Positions 1-9,800 of a stretch of 20,000 nucleotides of DNA are shown here, in pieces. Both the position numbers and the translations under genes were made by a program. The stretch lies in IMG/VR virus record IMGVR_UViG_3300037322_000284. The stretch is one strand, 5' to 3'. A model generated the notes under the pieces. It was not told the origin of the DNA. It ran no database searches and was given only the letters and a program-made list of their open reading frames with translations. Numbering within the stretch: the first letter of the stretch is position 1; the number at the start of each line of letters is the position of its first letter. This stretch comes from an uncultured virus (IMG/VR IMGVR_UViG_3300037322_000284). Lineage: Duplodnaviria; Heunggongvirae; Uroviricota; Caudoviricetes.

Positions 1-1336
1 AAGCAGTTAGTTTATCTGTTGTTTTTTTAATTCCTAGTTTTTTGTCGAAAGCTTTTTGTGCATCTGCTGGTGTGGCTCCTTTTTTTAGAGATATGTCATA
101 CCTTTCTTTAAGTTCCTTAATGTTAGAAGATGATAGTTTTTGATAGTCTGCTAAAATCATATCTCCTTGGTCTAAGTTTAAGTTCACTCCATCTGCTATC
201 TTACCTTTTTTGATGTGTGGCTCTCCCACTATTTCTTTAACTTCCCCTGTTTGCCCATCTGCAAAATATTCACCTCCTTCGGCATTTGTGTTACCATAAC
301 CTTGGTCTGTTAAGAATTGACCCGTCATATTTTGAGCATTTGTTATTTCCTTTTTTCCGCCTTGTTGATAGCTTGCTATGGAGTTCGTTTGCATTCCTTT
401 ATTTGCATAACTTCTCCATTGAGGTGTTTTCCTAACCTCCATCATTTCAGCCTTTGTCACATTTTTATAATCTTCTGAACTTCTAGGGGGATAATTGTAG
501 TATATTCTATCGCCATCTATTCCTGATTTAGAGTCTGTTACACCCTCTTGGTATTTTACAATGTTAGGGTTAGTTGGTGGGAAGTTTCCATTTTGAACTA
601 TACCTCTTCCAAATAAAGCTTGTGCTCCTTCTAAAGTAAATTGTACCCCACTGTCTTTTTGTATTTGAGACAAATCATTTTGTGCTACTTGGGTATAACC
701 TCCTTGTTGTGTATATTCATAGTTTGTTTGTGGTCTATCTATATTGTCTTGCATTTCTTGCATAGACCTTTTTTTATCCCTCCCACTAGCTAATCCACTT
801 AAAAAGTTTCTAGATCCTTGTAGAGCAAATAGACCTGCTCCCATACCTATTCCTGACGCATTTCCTTCCCCTATAGATTGTCCTAAAAAACCTAACGCAT
901 TAACATCTCCATAAGGGTTTTGTATGTTATATCTAGTTATATCACTGTACTGTTGGTTTGGTTGCATGCTTCTTTTTAAAGCATTTAGGTTATTTTGCTC
1001 AGATGTGTAGTCTTTAAAATTTTCCGTTGTTCTATCAGCAAAACTTCCTGAACTGCTACTTATCCCTTGTGGTAAAGGTTGAGTAAAAGGTATTGGGTTA
1101 TTATTAATAAAGTTTTGAGAATTTGATAAAAGTTGTTCTTGATTTAGATTATTGTAGTCTAAACTTTGTAGGTTTAAACTTGGGTTTACATTTCTAAATT
1201 GGTTAAAGCTTCCCCCAAATTGCATATTTTTTTGCCCATTAAATGTTGCATAAGCTATTGCATTGGCTTGCGGTGTAGAATACCCATCTCCTTTAAGAGC
1301 TTTTATTTTGTTTTTAATAAACTGTTCTTTTGTCAT
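1..1336 (-). CDS. Putative internal virion / ejected cargo protein, truncated at left window edge (>=445 aa; absent from the ORF track)
   Basis: Manual translation from ATG 1336 (TAATG overlap with upstream stop): MTKEQFIKNKIKALKGDGYSTPQANAIAYATFNGQKNMQFGG..., open to the window edge (...QKAFDKKLGIKKTTDKLTA). Q/N/G-rich, with a Gly-rich hydrophobic segment (ALGFLGQSIGEGNASGIGMGAGLFAL), repeated QQGG motifs and an NAEGGEYF...GEPH...GVNL block. Located downstream of the tail stabilisation gene, where crAss-like phages encode cargo proteins. Function is inferred. Confidence 0.7.
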   Translation of the reverse strand, partial: MTKEQFIKNKIKALKGDGYSTPQANAIAYATFNGQKNMQFGGSFNQFRNVNPSLNLQSLDYNNLNQEQLLSNSQNFINNNPIPFTQPLPQGISSSSGSFADRTTENFKDYTSEQNNLNALKRSMQPNQQYSDITRYNIQNPYGDVNALGFLGQSIGEGNASGIGMGAGLFALQGSRNFLSGLASGRDKKRSMQEMQDNIDRPQTNYEYTQQGGYTQVAQNDLSQIQKDSGVQFTLEGAQALFGRGIVQNGNFPPTNPNIVKYQEGVTDSKSGIDGDRIYYNYPPRSSEDYKNVTKAEMMEVRKTPQWRSYANKGMQTNSIASYQQGGKKEITNAQNMTGQFLTDQGYGNTNAEGGEYFADGQTGEVKEIVGEPHIKKGKIADGVNLNLDQGDMILADYQKLSSSNIKELKERYDISLKKGATPADAQKAFDKKLGIKKTTDKLTA

Positions 1337-2934
1337 TATTTTTTATTTATTTCTTTTAAAAATAGTTTTTCTGCTTCTGTGATTGGATATTCTGTAAACT
1401 TTGTAGCTCCTTCAAATTTATATTCTCCTGAATTTGCCTCTATAATCTGTGATCTACCTACATTTGGTTTCACCAGAAGGCTTATGTTTCCATAACCATC
1501 CGTTGCCATTGTATTTCCTTGTATCTCTGTTATTTGATTGGGGTACTTCCGTTGACCCTGTTGGTCTTTTATTACTTTCCCTTGTTGTGCGTAATAATTA
1601 TCAGAAACTTTTGAATTATCTGCGGTTTTATTCAATAACTCTAATATTTCATCTTTATTAAAATGTTCTAAATTGTAACCTTTAAAGTTGTATTTTTCTA
1701 CATCTTCGGGCGTTATAACTTGTGTAGGTTTTAGTCCGTTATTATATCTAAACCTGTTTATTTCTGCGTGATTTTCCTCAGAGTCTTCTCTGTAAGGCGT
1801 TAAAGTTTTCGACGATGTTAACTTTGATATGGGCTCTGTTATGTATTTTTTATAGTTTTCATTATTTCCCTTCTTTAAATCTTTTTGGAACCTGTGGGAA
1901 AACTCGTGAGTTGCTATGCCTGCTCTATCTTGATAGTTTTTATCAAATATTATCCTATTAGTAACAGTATCAAATTCTCCCGAAGGTGTTATTAAATTAC
2001 CACCGTTGTCTGTGTATGATAAGTCATCAATATAAATATCATTTGAGAAAGGTGTAGAAGCGTTATTGTTTAATTTTACTCCGTTGACTTCTCTATTACT
2101 ATTCCAACTATTTAACCACTCTCTTTGGGTTTCAATATCTACTACTTGGGAAGTATTAAGATTACCTATTTTTGTTCCTTGTTGTGCAATATCACTATCT
2201 ACAAAACTACTCACATTATTATATATATCTACTAAGTTTGAAGTTGGTTGAGAATATTCCTGTTGGTCTCCTTGTGGTGGAGGTGCTACTTGTTTTTGCT
2301 CTGCTAATGATTTACCGTATTCATCTAAAAAATTTTGTTCTTTAGTTTTTTGCTCCACTTCAGCTATATCTTTATCTTCTTTTTGAGGCTCTTCTTCTGC
2401 TATTATTGGAGTATCAAAGGTAGGCATACTATTTTTTATATCAAATTCTTTGAAATTGCTTGTAAGTTGTTGTTCATAATTTGCTATTGCTTCATCAGAG
2501 ATTGGTGTTTGTCCTTTGTATTGTTGTTGAGTAGGTGTGTACTTTATATTTGCATTTTTGTAAACCTTTCCAACATAACTAGCTGTTTGTTGTGGCAATT
2601 CCTTTTTACCCGCTTTCCACTTTTTAATATTTCCTATTCCAAAATTATAAGCTCTTAAAGCATCATCCATATTACCCGTCTGCTTTTGTAATTGACTTAG
2701 GTACTTACCCGCCGCCTCTATACTTTGAGAAGCATTAAAAGGATCTATTCCAAAATCCTTTGCTGCTCCTGGCATAAATTGCATGAGTCCCTTAGCTCCC
2801 GCCTTAGAAACGGCACGTGAATTAAAGTTGCTTTCAGTCTTCATGATTCCCACTAATATATTTTTAGGTAAGTTGTACTTACTTTCTGTAACATTAGCTT
2901 CCTTAATATATCTTTGTTGTTCTGCTATTGTCAT
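1336..2934 (-). CDS. Virion-associated multidomain protein: N-terminal soluble lytic transglycosylase (SLT/GH23), central HExxH zincin-like domain, small C-terminal domain
   Basis: Canonical SLT motifs: catalytic TESNFNSRAVS, GAKGLMQFMP, AYNFG in aa 1-130. ATHEFSH (1894-1908 for HEFSH) followed by a downstream Glu helix (EENHAE). Confidence 0.85.
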   Translation of the reverse strand: MTIAEQQRYIKEANVTESKYNLPKNILVGIMKTESNFNSRAVSKAGAKGLMQFMPGAAKDFGIDPFNASQSIEAAGKYLSQLQKQTGNMDDALRAYNFGIGNIKKWKAGKKELPQQTASYVGKVYKNANIKYTPTQQQYKGQTPISDEAIANYEQQLTSNFKEFDIKNSMPTFDTPIIAEEEPQKEDKDIAEVEQKTKEQNFLDEYGKSLAEQKQVAPPPQGDQQEYSQPTSNLVDIYNNVSSFVDSDIAQQGTKIGNLNTSQVVDIETQREWLNSWNSNREVNGVKLNNNASTPFSNDIYIDDLSYTDNGGNLITPSGEFDTVTNRIIFDKNYQDRAGIATHEFSHRFQKDLKKGNNENYKKYITEPISKLTSSKTLTPYREDSEENHAEINRFRYNNGLKPTQVITPEDVEKYNFKGYNLEHFNKDEILELLNKTADNSKVSDNYYAQQGKVIKDQQGQRKYPNQITEIQGNTMATDGYGNISLLVKPNVGRSQIIEANSGEYKFEGATKFTEYPITEAEKLFLKEINKK

Positions 2935-2935
2935 T

Positions 2936-3859
2936 TTACTCGTAAATTGTTGTATTACTTACTATATTCTTAAGTACTAAATTAAACCTAGAATCCTCGT
3001 TTCCTTCTAAATGAACTAAAAAAGACTCCCCTTTTAATCTTTCTAAGACTTTTTTTCCAGTGAATTTAACTGCCTCACTATTTACTCCTCTAAAAATATT
3101 ATTTTTATCTTTTAATATTATTGGAATATTGTTGTTTTGATTTACAGTCCTGTTAAAAAAGTAGTTTACGTTTTGCTTTCCTTCCACCGATGTAAATAGT
3201 ATATCTTGAATATTTCCATTTAGTTTTGGGTATTTTCTATTGTCCGCCAAATTTTTCTGCGGGTTTAGGCTCAAAAGTCCTGAACAATTAGTAGAGTTAT
3301 AAATAAACATGTTTTTAAAAGACTTATTTTTGTCTATCGTAAAATCCCAATCGTTTTGATAATGTTTACTCTCGATGTTCAAAGATATGGAGTTTAACAT
3401 TTTATTTACGTTTTCGTTAACTATTGGAAACTCTATAATAGGGTTGTGTTTTATACCTTGGAATACACAAAAACTACTATTGCCCATTAAGTGATTCCAA
3501 AGTGTCCCTTTATCCACTCCCCAATTGTATCCTACTTGAAACATATTATTGTGGTAAGGAGAATAGTCGGGGTAAAAACTGAAATAGCTGTTCCAACTAC
3601 CTTCACTTACTTTATAAGATATTGTCCAACTAACTTCCTCAAAATAAGTGCTATTGTCAAAATATATTGGTGTCTTTTGTTCCACTATTATAGGTTGTAC
3701 AAAGTCTAAACATCTGTATACTGCATTACCATTAGGTAGTATTTCTAAAACACAATTCTGTGGATAATCTACGTTGTTTATAGTGGTTATGCATTGACAC
3801 ATAACCACTCCATTTAATTCATATTGAGTACAATTAACTCCCGTGCAAGTACATGCCAT
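2936..3859 (-). CDS. Probable C-terminal part of tail stabilisation/muzzle-like protein encoded as a separate gene
   Basis: 307 aa. YFEEVSWTISY...WNSYFSFYPDY...LWNH...FCVFQG...PIIEF resembles the blocks that normally follow the RxxITKKDY motif in crAss-like tail stabilisation proteins (recalled, not searched). Has its own Cys-rich N-terminus and an A-rich initiation context. Confidence 0.65.
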   Translation of the reverse strand: MACTCTGVNCTQYELNGVVMCQCITTINNVDYPQNCVLEILPNGNAVYRCLDFVQPIIVEQKTPIYFDNSTYFEEVSWTISYKVSEGSWNSYFSFYPDYSPYHNNMFQVGYNWGVDKGTLWNHLMGNSSFCVFQGIKHNPIIEFPIVNENVNKMLNSISLNIESKHYQNDWDFTIDKNKSFKNMFIYNSTNCSGLLSLNPQKNLADNRKYPKLNGNIQDILFTSVEGKQNVNYFFNRTVNQNNNIPIILKDKNNIFRGVNSEAVKFTGKKVLERLKGESFLVHLEGNEDSRFNLVLKNIVSNTTIYE

Positions 3860-3869
3860 AGTTTATATT

Positions 3870-6800
3870 TTAAAATTTTCTTATCGCTCTTACTTTACAA
3901 TTATTTCCTGGTTCTGATTTAGGGAATTCTAAAAATGTTCCCGCTAACAATGTATTGTAATCGTAGAATTGGCAAGCCCAAGCACTTTGTCCGCCTATAG
4001 CAGGACTCTGAGAAGATGTCCAATATCTCGATCTTCTTGTATCGCTGTCAAATTGTAAAAAGTTACCAATTGTATCTCTCAGAGAAAATACTAAAGCTAA
4101 TTCATCTTTACTAGGTAGGTACCAATCAGTGAAACCTCCAGCATTGTAATCTCTAGCTGCTTTTGCTGCGTATGGGTGTGGACTTGGGGCATATTTATTT
4201 ATTATGTTAGTAGTGTTAGTATCCCCAGATAATAGTGTGTCAGATGTTATATCTTGTCCACTTGTTTGATTAGGTCTAAACATGGTAAAATGGGCTTCTG
4301 GAGGAACACCTGGATTTGTACTGTAATTAGTTAGTTGCACATCACTTAATCCTACGATTAGTCCATGGCATCCGCTGCTGTCTACATATATTATTTTACC
4401 TCCTGCGTGTAGGCTTCCCACTGTAAAGTTACAAACTGCTGACGCTACAGATACAGCTATAAAAGTTGGACTGCTATTACACCCATTGTGACTTGCTACC
4501 ACTGAATATGTTGTAGTTCCCGTACCGTTTAGTGTTTGTAATATTGTTGTACCATTGCCTGCTAACCCTCCTGTTGTGCCCGAATTTACAACTGTCCAAC
4601 TGAATGTTGCTCCTATTACATTACTTGTTAACAATATGTTAGTAGGTTCACCCGAATTTATACTTTGACTACTTGGAGTTGCTATTACATTTGGTATAGG
4701 CTTTACTGTAGCTGTCACTTGTCTTGTTGTGCCTATACATCCTGAAACTGCTTCTTGTGGAGTGATTGTGTAAGTTGCTGTCCCGTTTCCTATCAACACT
4801 TGATTTATACTATTTCCACTACCACTTGTTGCGCCAGTAACTCCTGATTGAGTAACAGTCCACGTGAAATTTATATTTTGTCCCGTGGAAGTTATTGGTA
4901 TAGATGTTTGTATTCCACTACATATTTCCGCATTAGTCGCTAATGCATCTGCTGTACAGTTACAAACTGCTAGTGAAACTGCTGTTAAAGTACAAGTTTT
5001 TAAAATGTCATTGTATACATACCCACTTGGACAAATTGGAGGAGAAACTGTTAGTCTTTCACATAGTTGTGTTGCTGAATTATATGTATACCCTGTAGGA
5101 CAAGTTGTAGTGTAGGCACCGCAAGAATTATAAAATCCTTTTTCTTCATCGTATTCTAAACAATTTGTATCTTTAACAATATAGTCTTTCTTAGTTATAA
5201 AAACTCTATCTTCTCTATTGTCATACCACATATTAAAACCTATCCCTTTGTATTTATTATCCGTATCTACTTGTGGGAATTGTTTTAATATTTTCATTGG
5301 TAGGTGTTCTCTAAACCATTGTTTCATATTAGTAGGTTGATTTCCCACTTGTTCAGAAATTATCTCTAACCCTTTACCGTTTTGATCTATTTTAAATATT
5401 TTACCTCTTTTGGCATCTACCCAAATATGCCCATAAGGTGTGCTAACTATGTCTGTGTTTTGTGTTCCCATAAAGCCTAAATCTGTGGATTTAAACTCTG
5501 TCGGTCTTTGTAAAAACATCCCCCCTACACCTAAATCTTTATTTTGCGGTGTTATTCTTTCGGCAATATTATCTACCGCATTATGTAACATTAGTTTATC
5601 TTCAAATCTAACTATAAATTGCTCACTTTCAATATTGTGTAAATCTATAAGCCCACCATTTGCAGTTTTAAACTCGTACCAATCTAATGGTTTATATACA
5701 AGCCATGGATTTGTTAAATCATTCTCATTTATATCCTTTTGACTCCAGGCAATAGCATTTAATTGGGTTGTTCTTTTTGCCCAAACGTCTTTATCGTATG
5801 TAGTGTCTAGTATTTTAAAAGGTGAGTTGCTAACTGGTAATGTGTATGCATTGTTATAGTAAAAAGTGTTAGGTTCTGCTATTGAAACATTCGTATCCTG
5901 TAACCACGTACTCAAGTCTTGGTGTTGAGGGTAAAACCAATCTGCTGGCTCTTTCTTAGCATACCTAAAATTACAGTTTATCTCTGATTCAACAAGAAAG
6001 TCTACTATTCCGTGCACAAACAAGTAAAACTTACTAGGTGGTTTAAAATACATACTTCTACGTCCGTTTTCACAATCAAATCTAGTATTTGACACAATAT
6101 CTGGAAAAGGTATACCTAAGAATTTTTTAAATCCGTCATCATCTCCAGTTTCATAGTCACAAAAATATGCGGGGTACCCTATATTATCATACTTGGAGTA
6201 CATAAAAGGTATCTTGTTTGCTATTTTTATTGCGTTCTTTCTAAATATTGGAGTTTTTCTTCTCCAACTAAATCTAGATATTACAGAAGTTCCCCCATAA
6301 ATTACTTTACATTCTGTATTTTCCTGTATATCAAAGATATAGTTGGTAGTCAACCATTTTATAGACCCTATTCCCCCCCATTGGTCAGGAATATAGTTTT
6401 TTAATGTAAAATAAGGTGAGGCTACATCTCTATCTGATTTAACATCTGAACTGCAATTTACTTCCGAAGATAAAAAGTTACTAGATGTTGAAGAAGTTTT
6501 ATTATTGTCATAGTTTTTATAATCAGTATAACTTCCATAATTAAATGGATAGTCTTTACCTGTAGATAAAAATACTGAGTGCTCTCTTAACCAATTATTT
6601 ACTTTTACAGTGGTACCATCATTTTCATCTACTATGTTAAATTCTCCTTCTTTTAAATGTTTTTTAGAAGCTAGAGTTCTCAAGTAATCATTAGAATATT
6701 GATCCACTTTAAGAAACTTATTGTAATTACCTACTCCCACTTGCATTGAAGCAAAGTTATCGATTCTTCCTAAATCTCTAAATATTAGTAACCAACTATA

Positions 6801-9800
6801 CCTGTATTTTCCTACTTTGAATGCCCCTGATACTAATTGTAATCCTGCAAGTATTCCTGAGGCTATTAACCCAGCATTTGCACCATTTGCTAACCCAAAT
6901 AGAAAAAATTGAGATCCTGCTGATTCAGTTGATTTTATTAAAAATTCTAAAGTTGCTTCTGCTAGACCTAATCGATCTGCTGTTCTTCTAGCTTTATCTC
7001 CTAATACTGTCCATTCAGAATGTTTATCTACATCTGTAAAACTTGTACTGGCACTTCCAAAAACAAAGCCTTGTAAGCTAACTTCTGTAGGGAGTGTAGG
7101 TTTAGTTAAAAATATGTCTGGACTTAAAAATGAATATAAGTGATTACTGTTAGAATTATAAGGGTGTTCCAAAGGCTTACCGTTGGGTGCATCTAAACAA
7201 AATTTATTTCTCCCTAAATCATTAAAAGGAAAATTTGGAAAATGAAAAACCTCTTTTTCTTTTGTATATTTATAGTAATCGAATGCTATTCCACTTGCTA
7301 CAATAGATTTTGATACGGAGTTATCCCCTCTAAGTATTTCATAGCCTTGTATATTATCTCTTTGTTTTTTAGTGATTAAACCATTTGTATACGCTATATT
7401 AATAGCTGTCTGAACTACTTTACTGTCTAATTCAAACCCTAAAGGAAATATTATAGTGTCTGCATTATCTTTAAAGTCTAAGCTGTCTATAATATATGGT
7501 GAAACTGTATTGTCAGGTAACTTATAATGCCTAATTGGTTGGCATCTAAAATCTGCGTTTTTTAAAATATAATTATTGTTTACATCAACTACATTATTAT
7601 TTGTATAATACGCTGTAAATTCTAATCTGTCTGTTACAGATAAAAGGTTTAAGTCGGAAGGTTTAATCTTTATATTGGAACTATCCCATAGTTGTTTATT
7701 ATCTGGGTATTCTTCTGTAGATTCCCAATAAGCTGTCCTACCTTTTTTGTAAGGTATAGGATCACAATCATTAACTTGAGGTATTACCGATTTGCAAGTT
7801 GCTTCGTAAGTAATTACTTTACTTATTTTTATCTCTTCCCAACTTACTCTTATTTGAGCATTTTCTAATTCTCTAGAATATATTGAAAAACTACCACAAG
7901 TGGGTATAACTTTATAAACTGTTTTTTGAGAAGATGTAAGTCCACAATTTTCATCTATACTTTCGACAATTAAAGGTGCGTCTATAGCTATTATAAAAGT
8001 ATTGGGGTAATTAGTTGTGTCAATAGTTCTAATAAGTCCTTGAGACATATCTACAATACCCCCCGCTAAAACTGTCAAGTTTGCACAAGATTGATAAATT
8101 GTATATCTTATAGAATTACTATAGTTTAACTCCTCTCCTAAACTTTCACAATTTGATGACTTTGTAATTTCAAGTACAAACTTATTATCTTCTCTTTTCT
8201 GCGCTTTAAAAAATTGTGCTCCTTTATGTAATTTATTTTTAAAATTGGCATTAATAGCACTAGCATGTACGTTGTAATTATTCTGTAACAAATCTATCTC
8301 ACTTATAGCCCCGTACACATTTAAAAACACACCCTCTCCGTTGGAAATTGGATCTGCTTGTACAGGTAAACTTAATGCATAGTTACAAATTTCATTGTAA
8401 AAATTAGAGTCTCTTATGTAAACTTTTCTCCTGGATGATCCCTGACAATCCATGTAGTTATTCATAAATAAATCATCCTCTATAAAATTAGCGTCCGTTG
8501 TATTTCTCCTAAAAATGTTGGTTATTGATGGAGGTACAGATGGAAGATATTCAGAGTCTTGCTTTAGAATTTTTTCTACAATTTCTGCTTTTACTTCTGC
8601 TATTTTATTTATAGATTCTATTAATATTGGATTACTGCAATCTCCTATAAAAGATGGTAAACAAGTTTGTGAGTAGTTAGCCGTTAAAAACGGAGCTATT
8701 TCAGGTATATAATCACTTGAATTAATATCCGTGACAATATCATAATTATCGTTTATGTGATCGATTAGTGTATAAAATTCAATATCTGATGATAAAACTA
8801 CGGAATTTTGTAAAATAGTAGCTACATTTTCTATAATACACTCTTTTGATATCTCACTTTCAATAATTGTTGCACCCTCAGTTATGTTGCTACATTGTTG
8901 TTCAAAAACTGTTGCAGTATTATATACTTGCCATTTTTGACTTCTATCCACAGTTGAACAACTAGAGTTACTAGACCTTAAACTATTTAAATTTGTATCA
9001 GAAGTTAGAACGCTCTTTTCATCTCCTACATGGGGTCTTGCGACTAAAGGAAAATTTGCAGAATACCCTCCGTTGGTGTATGTAAGTCTTATTGCTAAAG
9101 CTTGAACTTCCCCTCTTGGGTAGCCTTTATATTTAGATGTGGCAATTGAACTTTTATAGAGATTTTCAGATGAGGCTGAAGAAGCCCAATGTACTAGTCC
9201 TCCAATAAGATTTACAACAGGCTGTAGATTAATTTCTTCCTCTGCCTCAATTCCATAATGCCATAGAGTGTCTCCACTAACCATTGTACCTTTAGCTTTT
9301 TTCCACGTAGGTTTTATAGCATTTAATGTGGCGAAATCCATTCTTTTTTTAATAGACACGTTCCCCCTAGACACATATAAATCATCATTATTACTTCCAC
9401 TAGATGTATAAATTATAGTATCATCTGTCGTTGGGTAAATTCCTGCTAAAAATACAGATTGAGTGTTTGATACATTATTTCTTTCAACAACAACTACCTT
9501 ATAATATTTAAAACCTCTTACATCAAGGTCGTTTACTTTTAATTTTATAGCAAAATTTGTAAAATCGTCTGTTGTTGTTTGAGCTTGTATGTTATTATTT
9601 TCGTCAAATATAGAAATAGGGTTTGTAGGTGAGCAATATTGAGTCATTTCGTTACCCACTATATCACAATAAGCTGCGTAGAATTCATAAGTACCCATCT
9701 TAAGATTACCTCCTAATTGTTGTTCTTTTGCTTCTATTGATATTCTATTGTGTTTTGGAAAAATGAGTAATTTGTCAACATTTATGCAAGTTGAATAAGT

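Noticed and set aside
1336..2934. SLT protein as the lysis endolysin
   Set aside because: Its size, domain fusion and position among tail and cargo genes, far from the holin-like gene, favour a virion-associated entry enzyme.
3860..3872. Readthrough or simple sequencing frameshift joining the 2197-aa and 307-aa ORFs
   Set aside because: The upstream ORF ends at a natural DUF1566 terminus (VRAIRKF*), the gap is 10 nt (out of frame), and the downstream ATG has its own A-rich context.
3870..4030. DUF1566 C-terminus as an active diversity-generating retroelement target
   Set aside because: No template repeat or reverse transcriptase seen in the window, and conserved residues use A-rich codons (gta aga gcg ata aga aaa), unlike typical DGR variable regions. 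A template elsewhere in the genome cannot be excluded.
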